Source of the DNA: Candidatus Cloacimonadales bacterium
Lineage (GTDB): Bacteria; Cloacimonadota; Cloacimonadia; Cloacimonadales; JAIOQZ01
DNA: 64,000 nt
Direction: 5' to 3'
Assembly: GCA_963674825.1 (NCBI GenBank)
Contig: OY771587.1
Coordinates: forward strand, 3,136,001 to 3,200,000
This document shows, piece after piece, positions 36,248-45,698 of the stretch. The notes under the pieces are model-generated. The model worked only from the letters and a program-made list of their open reading frames with translations, was not told where the DNA came from and did no database searches. A program made the translations under genes and the position numbers. Each line of letters opens with the position of its first letter. Position 1 is the stretch's first letter.

Positions 36248-38857
36248 CTACTTGACCATCTCCTCGATGATTGCGGGGACTTTCTCGATTGCAGCCGGGA
36301 TGCCTTCTACATCTTTTCCGCCGGCCATTGCCATATCTGGACGTCCACCGCCCTTACCTCCAACCAATTCGGCCACTTTACCTGCGATTTTTCCAGCGTG
36401 AGCGCGTTTGATAAGATCTTGGGTAACGATTACGATCAGAGAGACCTTACCGTCAATATCCGCAAAAAGCACACCGATGCCTGACCCGATCTTGCCGCGA
36501 AGCTGATCGCCGATGTCGCGCATCAAGCCGCTATTTTCGGCTGGTACTGCTCCGCAGGCAACTTTTACGCCGTTGATCTCGATCGCTTTACCGACCAGAT
36601 TGCTGACCACATCTCCCGATGCTTTCATCTGCAAGCTCTGTATTTCCTGCTGCATAGCCTTATGTTCTTCAAGCAGCGATTGAAGTTTCTGGATGGATTT
36701 ACCCGCCGGGACATTCAATAGCGCCTGAATATCTTCCTTCTCAGCTTCGAGACGCTTAACGTAGTCCTCGGATTGTGTTCCGGTTATCGCTTCGATACGG
36801 CGTACTCCAGCAGCGCTGGATGTCTCTGTGGTGATCTTGAAAAGACCGATTTCACCAGTGTAGTCGAGATGCGTTCCGCCGCAGAGTTCTTTTGAGAATT
36901 GGTCGATGGAAACAACGCGGACATCTTCCTCGTACTTCTCGCCAAAAAGCGCCATTGCACCTTCCTTGCGAGCGGCTTCGAGCTGCATTTTCCGCGTGGT
37001 AACAGGGAAGCAGGCACGAACCTTATCGTTTACCAGGCGTTCTACCAGGCTTATCTCACGGGGAGACATCGCCTTGAAATGGGTGAAGTCGAAGCGCAGG
37101 TAATACGGGTGAACCAACGAGCCTTTCTGCTGAACGTGATCACCGAGTACATCGCGGAGCGCCGCGTGCAGAAGGTGCGTTGCAGTGTGGTTACGGGCAA
37201 CGTTCTTTCGGTATTCCTTCTCGATCGCGGCAGTATATTCGTGGTCGCGAATGATACCCTTCATGAGCTTTCCGATGTGGATAAACTGGTTGCCCTGCTT
37301 TTTCACATCGGAGATCTGAATCTCAACTTCTTCGTTATAGATACGGCCCATGTCGGCGACTTGTCCGCCCGATTCGGCGTAGAATGGGGTGCGATCTAAA
37401 ATCAATCGTACATCGTTGTTATCATCGATCGTATATTTGATTATGTGACAATTTGTTGTGTCTCTGAAATATCCGATGAATTCGGTGGGCTCGTCCTCGC
37501 GATAGGTTACCCACTCGATATTCTCGAGGTTCATCACGAATTTCCCCGCTTCACGTGCTCGTGTGCGCTGCTTGTCGAGTTCGACGCTGAATCCTTCTTC
37601 ATCAACGGTCATACCGCGTTCTTCGGCGAGGATGCGGGTGAGGTCGAACGGAAATCCGAACGTGTCGTAAAGCATGAAAGCGTCTGTACCGGGGATCATG
37701 TTTCCGTCGATGCCGGACGTGATCTCCTCGAATTTTGCCAGACCCTTATCAAGGGTTGCATTGAAGCGTTCTTCCTCTGCCTGGATGATCATCTCGACAT
37801 GTGTCTTTTTCTCGATGAGTTCGTGGAAATGATGCCCCATCAAGTTACTCACAACGCTTACGAGTTTGTAAAGGAAAGGTTCATGCTGATTGAGCAGCCT
37901 TCCGTGACGCGCGGCACGTCGCAGGATTCTGCGCAGGACATATCCGCGGCCTTCGTTCGAGGGTAGTCCACCATCGGCGATCGCGAAGCTCAACGCTCGG
38001 ATGTGATCGGCGATTACACGATGCGAAACGCCAGCGTCCCCCGGATTATATTCCACGCCGGTCATCTTTGCGATGGCGTCGATGATCGGGGTGAAAAGGT
38101 CTGTATCGTAGTTTGATTTCTTATTTTGAAGCACCATGCAGACGCGCTCGAAACCAGCGCCGGTGTCAACATACTGGCTTTCGAGGGTGTGGAGTTCGCC
38201 TTCTTCGTCGCGGTTGAACTGGATGAATACCAGGTTCCAGAGTTCGATGATACGGTGGCAGTCTCCGTTTACCTTACAGACGTGTCCCGGGACATCCTTC
38301 ATGTTACAGAACTCTTCACCGCGATCGATGTGGATTTCGCTGCAAGGTCCGCAGGGACCGGTCAGGCCCATCTCCCAGAAATTATCTTTATCGCCATGAT
38401 ACTCGATATGTGAAGGATCGATGTCGGTTTCGTTTTTCCAGAAGTCGAACGCTTCCTGATCGCTGTGATGCACGGTGGCGTAAAGGATGTCTTTTGGGAG
38501 TCCCCACACCTTGGTAAAGAGCTCCCATGCCCAGCCGATCGCCTCTTTTTTATAGTAATCGGCGAATGACCAGTTGCCGAGCATCTCGAAGAAGGTATGG
38601 TGGTAGGAGTCTTTGCCGACCTCTTCCAGGTCGTTGTGCTTCCCGCCTGCGCGGATGCACTTCTGAGTATCTACCACGCGCGGAAATTCCGGCTTGGTAA
38701 CGCCCAGGAAGATGTTCTTGAACTGGTTCATGCCTGCGTTTGTGAAAAGCAGGGTGGGGTCGTCGAACGGGATCACCGGTGCTGACGGCACCTGATGGTG
38801 GTCTTTCGACAGAAAGAAATCGATAAATTGCTGACGTATCTCACTCGATGTTCTCAT
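36248..38857 (-). CDS. alaS: Alanine--tRNA ligase
   Basis: DPTLLFTNAGMNQFK, HHTFFEMLGNWSF, GPCGPCSEI, DTGAGFER, HTATHLLH, ELCGGTH, GGKGGGRPDMA. Confidence 0.98.
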   Translation of the reverse strand: MRTSSEIRQQFIDFFLSKDHHQVPSAPVIPFDDPTLLFTNAGMNQFKNIFLGVTKPEFPRVVDTQKCIRAGGKHNDLEEVGKDSYHHTFFEMLGNWSFADYYKKEAIGWAWELFTKVWGLPKDILYATVHHSDQEAFDFWKNETDIDPSHIEYHGDKDNFWEMGLTGPCGPCSEIHIDRGEEFCNMKDVPGHVCKVNGDCHRIIELWNLVFIQFNRDEEGELHTLESQYVDTGAGFERVCMVLQNKKSNYDTDLFTPIIDAIAKMTGVEYNPGDAGVSHRVIADHIRALSFAIADGGLPSNEGRGYVLRRILRRAARHGRLLNQHEPFLYKLVSVVSNLMGHHFHELIEKKTHVEMIIQAEEERFNATLDKGLAKFEEITSGIDGNMIPGTDAFMLYDTFGFPFDLTRILAEERGMTVDEEGFSVELDKQRTRAREAGKFVMNLENIEWVTYREDEPTEFIGYFRDTTNCHIIKYTIDDNNDVRLILDRTPFYAESGGQVADMGRIYNEEVEIQISDVKKQGNQFIHIGKLMKGIIRDHEYTAAIEKEYRKNVARNHTATHLLHAALRDVLGDHVQQKGSLVHPYYLRFDFTHFKAMSPREISLVERLVNDKVRACFPVTTRKMQLEAARKEGAMALFGEKYEEDVRVVSIDQFSKELCGGTHLDYTGEIGLFKITTETSSAAGVRRIEAITGTQSEDYVKRLEAEKEDIQALLNVPAGKSIQKLQSLLEEHKAMQQEIQSLQMKASGDVVSNLVGKAIEINGVKVACGAVPAENSGLMRDIGDQLRGKIGSGIGVLFADIDGKVSLIVIVTQDLIKRAHAGKIAGKVAELVGGKGGGRPDMAMAGGKDVEGIPAAIEKVPAIIEEMVK

Positions 38858-39132
38858 GGTTTCCTCATATATCCAGACCACGTTGGGTCGGAATTTTTGC
38901 ATTTGGTTCAAAGTATTATGAGATGCTTTTTCACGTCAAGAAAGGTGTTTGCTGCATTGGAGAAAATCTCGAAGATTCCTATTGATACGCAATCAGCGAT
39001 ATGTTTCTTGGAAAACAGGATTATTTCTTGTTATCATTAATGATTAAATAATCTCTGTCCATAATTTTATGCTTGACATAGTTTTAAGATCGTATTGTGT
39101 CTTGGTAGATCAACAACAATCCAGGGGGAACT

Positions 39133-41748
39133 ATGCGCCTATCCAACTTGCTTTTCATTTTCCTTCTTATAACTATATCCAATATCTTCGCTTTTGCCGG
39201 TGGTGACGGCTCTGTCTCGAGTCCATATCAGGTGAATACTATCAATTCATTGCAGTCTGTGGCAAATTACCCGACGTCTTACTTCATTCTTACCAGTGAC
39301 ATTGATGCTTCGCCAACACAGGAATGGAATGGCGGAGATGGATTCGAACCTATCGGCAGCACAATAACTCCTTTTTCTGGGACGTTCGATGGGCAAGGTT
39401 ACACGATCAGTAATCTGCTTATCAACAAACCGGGAGGTAACAACCGGGCGTTGTTCAGTTACGTCGATGGTGCTACGATATCGAATGTAATGCTCGAAGA
39501 TTTCGACATCACTGGCGATAGCAGAGTGGCGGCTTTGGTAGCGTACCTAAATAACGGCATCGTCTATAATTGCGGATGTTCTGGGCAGATCAGCGCGAAT
39601 TCCGGTGGCGGCGGACTCATCGGCAGAATGAGCACCTCCATATTGATGTCATGCTATTCTGAAGCGGATGTAACTGGAAGAAGCAACGGAGAAAATTACG
39701 GTGGGCTTGTGGGAATAACTGAGAATAATTGTACGATCAGCAATTGCTTTGCACGTGGCGCTGTGAGTGGGTACAACAAGGTCGGTGGCCTTGTAGGGAA
39801 GCTTGAAGATGCTGGGCTTAGCAATTGTTATAGCACGGGCGAAGTAAATGCGGACGATACGGAATATGGCGGTCTGGTAGGCTTTATCGATGGGACGCAG
39901 TATGCTGACAATTGTTTTTGGGACATTGATACGTCTGGTCAGAATGCAAGCATTATCGGATCGGGCAAGACAACCGACCAGATGACTAATTTCTACATGT
40001 ATCATGGATGTGGCTGGGATTTTGTCTATGAACGCCAGAATGGAACGGACGATTTTTGGGATTTCGAATTAGATGGAAGCTATAACGATGGTTATCCATA
40101 CCTTGTCTGGCAAGATGGAGATGCTCATTCGCTCGGTCGTCCAACGGGTAATGGTACGTCGGAAGATCCCTATCGGATCGAAGAACTTTACGATCTGTTC
40201 TGGGTGTCGGCAAATGACAATTTATGGAACTACCATTTCGAGCAAACAGCCGACATCAATGCAGGCGATACCCGGAATTGGAATAATGGTGCCGGTTTCA
40301 GTCCGATTGGAAATGCCGTATATTTCACCGGAACTTACGATGGCGGGGATTACACAATCGACTCTCTATACATCAATATGGGTTACTCTATTGTTGGGCT
40401 TTTTGGCGTTGTTTCGTCAGCTGTGATACGTAACGTGAATGTAGAGGATATCGATATCAGTAGCACTTATTGCGCTGGAGGTGTAGCTGGTCATATAATG
40501 GTAGATACGGTGGTTGAACATTGTTCTGCCACAGGAGATGTTTCCGGTGGATCATGGGTTGGTGGTATCGTTGGATATGCCCATCATTCTTCTCAGATTA
40601 AAACCTCACACAGTGCAGTGAATGCTTCGGCAACATTCAATGTAGGGGGAATAGTTGGGTACGTTTTGGAGCTTGCAACGGTAGAAAACTGTTATTGCAC
40701 CGGATCAGTAACCGGAAATGGCTATGTTGGTGGTTGTATCGGCTCAACGGAGCCAAGTGTGTCCATTTCAAATTGCTATAGTACTGCTGTTGTGGTTGGT
40801 AATTACAATGATGGAGGATTCCTGGGCGCAGGAGGGAATGCTGTAACGAATTGCTTCTGGGATATCGAGACTTCAGGCTACGAAACAAGCCATGGCGGAA
40901 CCGGGAAAACGACAGCAGAGATGAAAATGATGTCAACCTACACTGACGCCGGTTGGGATTTCGTCGGAGAGGTATCGAATGGTACGAATGACATCTGGGT
41001 TTACTTCGAAGGAGAATATCCAATCCTCAGTATCGAATACAGTATTCCCGAGATCGTTCATGTAGATGACATCTCAGGCGATCAGGGTCATCAGATCGAA
41101 CTTCTCTGGAACCGTTGCAACCTGGATGTAACGTACTCGCCGAATAACTTCTATACGGTATGGAGACGGGTCGATAACACAAGGGCTATCGATACCAGTG
41201 CCATCATAGTAACGAATCCGTTATCGGTGAGTCTGGATATGTTGGATGAGAACAGCCAGATCCTACTGAATGATCGCTCCGAATACTGGACATACCTGAT
41301 GAACATTCCCGCTACCATGTACGAAGAGTATGCTGTTGTCCTGCCTACGCTGGTCGATTCATCGGCTTCGCTTCCAGAGAGTGATTATACTTCCACCTAT
41401 CGAGTGCTGTACCATTTTGATACAGGCTATTTCACATCCAACTCCGCCTCCGGCTATTCGGTCGATAACATCGCGCCTTATGCGACAAGCGATGTCACGC
41501 TGGCGTTTGGCGGTACTCGCACGGATTCGGCGACGCTCTCGTGGAATGAGGTTACGGAGGGCGGCTTTGGCGGCAACAGCTATCCGGAAGAAAACGGCGT
41601 CTGGTATCGGGTTTATACTGGTGACTTACCTGATTTCGCCTGCGATGAGACGAATCTGCTCGTGACGACACAAGGCACAAGCATCAATGTTGATCCTGCG
41701 TATGCGCAAAGGCGGTTCTACAAGATCGTAGTGAGTGATCAGCCGTAG
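39133..41748 (+). CDS. Secreted GLUG-motif protein
   Basis: Signal peptide; two modules of G.G...PY.I / F.G.FDG.GYTI / VGGLVG repeats / FWDI.TSG..., followed by DQG-type and FN3-like C-terminal domains. Confidence 0.85.
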   Translation: MRLSNLLFIFLLITISNIFAFAGGDGSVSSPYQVNTINSLQSVANYPTSYFILTSDIDASPTQEWNGGDGFEPIGSTITPFSGTFDGQGYTISNLLINKPGGNNRALFSYVDGATISNVMLEDFDITGDSRVAALVAYLNNGIVYNCGCSGQISANSGGGGLIGRMSTSILMSCYSEADVTGRSNGENYGGLVGITENNCTISNCFARGAVSGYNKVGGLVGKLEDAGLSNCYSTGEVNADDTEYGGLVGFIDGTQYADNCFWDIDTSGQNASIIGSGKTTDQMTNFYMYHGCGWDFVYERQNGTDDFWDFELDGSYNDGYPYLVWQDGDAHSLGRPTGNGTSEDPYRIEELYDLFWVSANDNLWNYHFEQTADINAGDTRNWNNGAGFSPIGNAVYFTGTYDGGDYTIDSLYINMGYSIVGLFGVVSSAVIRNVNVEDIDISSTYCAGGVAGHIMVDTVVEHCSATGDVSGGSWVGGIVGYAHHSSQIKTSHSAVNASATFNVGGIVGYVLELATVENCYCTGSVTGNGYVGGCIGSTEPSVSISNCYSTAVVVGNYNDGGFLGAGGNAVTNCFWDIETSGYETSHGGTGKTTAEMKMMSTYTDAGWDFVGEVSNGTNDIWVYFEGEYPILSIEYSIPEIVHVDDISGDQGHQIELLWNRCNLDVTYSPNNFYTVWRRVDNTRAIDTSAIIVTNPLSVSLDMLDENSQILLNDRSEYWTYLMNIPATMYEEYAVVLPTLVDSSASLPESDYTSTYRVLYHFDTGYFTSNSASGYSVDNIAPYATSDVTLAFGGTRTDSATLSWNEVTEGGFGGNSYPEENGVWYRVYTGDLPDFACDETNLLVTTQGTSINVDPAYAQRRFYKIVVSDQP

Positions 41749-41772
41749 AAAGAAACATTTTACCATAAAACG

Positions 41773-41802
41773 AAACTCGCCGATTTGATACCGGCGAGTT
41801 TT
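41773..41802. terminator. Bidirectional terminator between convergent genes
   Basis: AAACTCGCCG-loop-CGGCGAGTTTT. Confidence 0.75.
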
Positions 41803-41825
41803 ATTTAAATTGCATACGAAAATGA

Positions 41826-42980
41826 TTACTTGAATTTCTCCTCGCCCTCGAAGCTGCGATAGGGATCGAAACTCTTGAGAATTTTTCTATCGTCCTCAGA
41901 GACTTCTCCGGCTACGATGCGTGCTACAAGCTCACCCATACCTGGCCCCAGCATGAAGCCCTGACCGCACATACCAACGTTGTGCACGTAATTGTCGTAG
42001 TCATCCACAATACCTACGATGGGGAATCCGTCCGGTGTCATGGGGTACTGGCCACGCCAGGTGCGGCGGATCTTGAGGTTGCCCAATCTCGGATAGAGGT
42101 CGAGCATTCGTGGAGCGACTTGAGGCAGGAATACAGAGGTTGAGTCCTGGTCGATATCGTAGATGGGTGGATCGGGCGTGATACAGAAGATGACCTGTCC
42201 TTCTTTGCTCTGGTAAAAATAGTAGTTCAGCGAATCACCGGCGGGACGCATATCGACAACCATCGGGCCGAAGAAGCGTTTGACCGGTTCGGTGATGGCG
42301 GCTTCGTGGGTGTCCGGCTTGACCGGGATATCGATATCGAGCAATTCACCGATCTGACGTGCGCCGTTGCCGCTGGCATTGACCACCCAACCGCAGGCGT
42401 AGCTGCCCTTATCGGTGGTAACGCCGGTGATATGTCCGTCGGTGCGATCGAATCCGGTGACGGTTTCATTGAAACGAAACTCGACGCCGAGATCCTTTGC
42501 GCGGAAATAGTAGGCGCTCATCGCCAGGAGTGGAGATGCGCTACCGTCTTCGGGCGAATAGGTGGAGCCGCGAAGTCCGTCCATGTTGATGCCAGGTACC
42601 AGTTCGTTGTATTCTTCCGGTGAAAGCCAGTCGATGTTAAGGCCGAACGACTTCTGGATCTTCAGGAGATCTTTGAGCTTCTTTTCATCGGCTTCGCTGT
42701 ATGCGGGATAGCTGTATCCATTGGACAGCCAATCGATATCGTGGCCGTATTTCTCTTTCCAGGAGGAGAAAATCTCGATGCTTCGGAGACTAATCTGAAT
42801 TTTTCCGTAGTCGGAATGGGTAGCGCGGATACCACCGATTGCCTTCTTGTTGTTCTGTTGCCCAGGTGAGGGTTTTCGCTCGATAACCAGGGTTTTCAAG
42901 CCTTTTTCTGCCAGCGAGATCGCGGTGGGAACGCCAACGCTTCCAGCGCCGATTACAACAACATCAAAAATCTCAGCCAT
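41826..42980 (-). CDS. FAD-dependent oxidoreductase, sarcosine oxidase/L-proline dehydrogenase beta-like (DAO family)
   Basis: VIGAGSVG, GGIR, YSPEDG, RTWRGQYPMTPDGFPIVG, GMCGQGFMLGPG. Confidence 0.88.
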   Translation of the reverse strand: MAEIFDVVVIGAGSVGVPTAISLAEKGLKTLVIERKPSPGQQNNKKAIGGIRATHSDYGKIQISLRSIEIFSSWKEKYGHDIDWLSNGYSYPAYSEADEKKLKDLLKIQKSFGLNIDWLSPEEYNELVPGINMDGLRGSTYSPEDGSASPLLAMSAYYFRAKDLGVEFRFNETVTGFDRTDGHITGVTTDKGSYACGWVVNASGNGARQIGELLDIDIPVKPDTHEAAITEPVKRFFGPMVVDMRPAGDSLNYYFYQSKEGQVIFCITPDPPIYDIDQDSTSVFLPQVAPRMLDLYPRLGNLKIRRTWRGQYPMTPDGFPIVGIVDDYDNYVHNVGMCGQGFMLGPGMGELVARIVAGEVSEDDRKILKSFDPYRSFEGEEKFK

Positions 42981-42981
42981 G

Positions 42982-45054
42982 TTATTCTCCCTTCCCTTGC
43001 ACGAAAACCTTCATCGGAACTTCCACGAAAACCGGTCGCACGGTGTGCGGAACGACATTCTCCGATGGAATACCCTCTTCGCGGAAAATCTGCTTGAGCA
43101 GAACATCGCAGGTTTTGCTGCCGCAGGGCCCCATACCGAGGTGCGTAACCGACTTGATGTGATTGATGTCGGTGATGCCCTGACGGATCAACGCTCTGAC
43201 CTCGCCTGCCGTAACGCGCTCGCAGAGGCAGACCATGGCGTCGTCCGGTGTCAGTACCGGCATGATGGTCTCTTCCATGGGTGCGGATACCGCCTCCGGC
43301 TGGATGCGGATACCGACGATCTTTTTCGCGATAGCCTTCGGAGCCGCGACCTTGACAAGTTGCGTCTTGCGATTCTTCACCGTGGTGACGCCGGTGACTT
43401 CAAGATCGGCCAGCTTGTTGCCGTCGATGTCGGTCACCTGTATGGTGTCGCCAGCTTCGATGGGGTTGTTGCCGACTTCGTAGGGCAGCGTGACGGTTGG
43501 GTTTTCGGCGTCCTTTCGGTAATCGACCAGTGTGATAGCCAGGCCGGGGCAGATCGCCACGCACTGACCGCAGCCGATGCATTTGCCTTCGTAATATGGG
43601 TTGCCCATGATGGGATCGCCATCCAGATGGATCGCGTTCGTCGGGCAGATGGATGTACATGGGTTGCAAGGGATCTCTTGAATGCAGTGGGTGATGGGGA
43701 AGACGCCCGATTCTTCGGGATGGACTCGTTGTGGCTTGACCGGGCCGGGGTGCTTCTTGAGCACTTCGGCTTTTTCGTACCAGCTCTGCGGGATATTGCC
43801 CGATTGCCCCTGCATGTCGTCGGCGATCTGGAGTCCGGCGATCTTGCCGTTGAACATCGCCGAGGATGCCTCTGCGATCTCCGCCGCGTCACCGGCAGCA
43901 TAAACCGGGATACCGGCTGTCTGCGCTTCCTGCGTGAATTCATCGACGCTGCTGAGTCCGACCGCTATCAGGATGGTATCGCAGGAGAAGGTCTTCTCGG
44001 TACCAGCGATGGGCTTGAAATTCTTGTCGATCTGCGCGATCGTGACCGAACTGACCGTCTCTTCGCCGTTTGCGCACAGGATGGTGTGCGAAGTATAGAT
44101 GGGAACGCCGAGTCGCTTGAGCTTATCGGCGTGAACTTTGTAGCCGCCGCACATGGGCATGGCTTCCACCAGTCCGACCACCTCGATATCCGCTTGCAGC
44201 GCATGATAGCCGGCAATCAGGCCGACGTTGCCGCCGCCGATGATGAACAGCCGCTTGGTGGGACGCACCAGGTCGCGGTTGACCAGCGTCTGGAACGCGC
44301 CAGCTCCGTAGATGCCGGCGAGGGTGTTGCCTGCGAAGCGCAGGAATTTCTCTCGCGCTCCGGCGGTGTTCAGCACCATTTTGGGCGTGGCCAGCTTGTA
44401 AACGCCATCTTTGAGGATGCCGACTTTCTTGTCCTTGAACGCGAACAGCACAGTGCTGTTTGCCCAGCAGGTGATGTTAGGTGTGTTCGCAGCTTTTTCG
44501 GCGAGCATCTTGCCGATGTCGTTGCCGCGGGTACCGGCGTAGGAATCCTCTACCGATCCGAAGAATTTATGGGTTTGCAAGACCAGCTTGCCGCCGAGTT
44601 CGCTCTTGTCGTCCACGATCAGAGTCGGGATGCCGCGTCCGCCGAGTTCCAGCGCAGCGGAGAGTCCCGCCGGGCCGCCGCCGATGATCAGCACGTCCGT
44701 TTCGATCTCCTCGATGGGGTCCATCTTGATCCGGTCGGTGGTTTCCGGGAGCTCGGGAAGGCCTTCCACGCTCTCCACGATCATGTTCTCTTCCACCGGT
44801 GTCATGCACGACTTCACCGGGACGCCATTGGCGATCACCGCGCACTTGGCGCACTGGCCGTTGGCGCAGAAGATCCCCTGCGCGCTTCCGTCCTTCTCGT
44901 GGTGACCGAATATTTTAATACCGTTTGCCATCAGCGCGGAGGATATGACCTCGCCGCGGCAGGCGGTCAGAGGGGATTTATTCCAATAAAAGGTTATCTT
45001 GTCGCATGCCTTCTGCGGCAGGATCGGGTGTTCGTGGATGCGATTCGTGTCCAT
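42982..45054 (-). CDS. Sarcosine oxidase/proline dehydrogenase alpha-like multidomain Fe-S flavoprotein
   Basis: GIFCANGQCAKC [2Fe-2S]; IGGGPAG and IGGGNVG; CNPC..ICP and CIGCGQCVAICP; BFD-like CLCERV...GMGPCGSKTC. Start MDTNRI. Confidence 0.88.
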   Translation of the reverse strand: MDTNRIHEHPILPQKACDKITFYWNKSPLTACRGEVISSALMANGIKIFGHHEKDGSAQGIFCANGQCAKCAVIANGVPVKSCMTPVEENMIVESVEGLPELPETTDRIKMDPIEEIETDVLIIGGGPAGLSAALELGGRGIPTLIVDDKSELGGKLVLQTHKFFGSVEDSYAGTRGNDIGKMLAEKAANTPNITCWANSTVLFAFKDKKVGILKDGVYKLATPKMVLNTAGAREKFLRFAGNTLAGIYGAGAFQTLVNRDLVRPTKRLFIIGGGNVGLIAGYHALQADIEVVGLVEAMPMCGGYKVHADKLKRLGVPIYTSHTILCANGEETVSSVTIAQIDKNFKPIAGTEKTFSCDTILIAVGLSSVDEFTQEAQTAGIPVYAAGDAAEIAEASSAMFNGKIAGLQIADDMQGQSGNIPQSWYEKAEVLKKHPGPVKPQRVHPEESGVFPITHCIQEIPCNPCTSICPTNAIHLDGDPIMGNPYYEGKCIGCGQCVAICPGLAITLVDYRKDAENPTVTLPYEVGNNPIEAGDTIQVTDIDGNKLADLEVTGVTTVKNRKTQLVKVAAPKAIAKKIVGIRIQPEAVSAPMEETIMPVLTPDDAMVCLCERVTAGEVRALIRQGITDINHIKSVTHLGMGPCGSKTCDVLLKQIFREEGIPSENVVPHTVRPVFVEVPMKVFVQGKGE

Positions 45055-45395
45055 ACACAACTCCTGAGGTACGAATTGGAAACAAAAAAAAGGATGCCGG
45101 AGCCTTGTCAAGGAAAAGCGGATGTTTTCGGTGTGTTCCCTGTTACTTGCTTATAATGTTGCAACTACCATGTTGCGGATTGTAAAAAACGATCGCCGAC
45201 GTGATACCCGTCATACGACGATTTTGTAGGATATTTATGACAGGTGTCAAGCAGGATTTATACGCACACCAGTACGGGCAGTTCAGAAAATATTTCCGTT
45301 GATGGCAGGGCGATTCTTCCGATTGCATGTGGGCTATGTGGTTACGCGGTGCATCGAGGCGCGCGGTGAATGGATTTCAGCGCGGTTGGCGTGAC

Positions 45396-45411
45396 GGGAA
45401 CGAAACTTGCA
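45396..45411 (+). promoter_or_regulatory. Putative sigma-54 (-24/-12) promoter
   Basis: gGGAACGaaacTTGCA with exact GG-N10-GC spacing, about 50 bp before ATG 45464. Confidence 0.65.
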
Positions 45412-45463
45412 CTGTTTTTACCCAACGCTTTCACCACGCGAGGTGGAACGGGGTGAGGATGTT

Positions 45464-45694
45464 ATGAAAAGATTCATGCATGTTCAGATCAGAAAGATCG
45501 AAATAGATAAATGGTGCGAAGGTTGCCGGATTCAGAGTGATCCCGGCAGACCGTATGTCATAGATTGGATTCGCAAGAACGCGCACTGGTTCCGTAGCGC
45601 ATGGGAGACTTCTCAGTGCAGGAGCTGCCGCCATTGGATCAACTGCGGACATCAGGCGTTGCAGAATTGCGTTAATTTCTCGCCGGACAAGTAA
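45464..45694 (+). CDS. Small Cys-rich hypothetical protein (76 aa)
   Basis: GAGGA RBS; IEIDKWCEGC...DPG...DWI...A.WFR.AW followed by CxxC-x5-C-x7-C. Confidence 0.7.
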   Translation: MKRFMHVQIRKIEIDKWCEGCRIQSDPGRPYVIDWIRKNAHWFRSAWETSQCRSCRHWINCGHQALQNCVNFSPDK

Positions 45695-45698
45695 TTCG

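Noticed and set aside
42847..45156. 769-aa plus-strand ORF
   Set aside because: Codon-aligned antisense shadow of the oxidoreductase gene (offset 135 nt, divisible by 3); explained by absence of TTA/CTA/TCA codons; no recognisable motifs.
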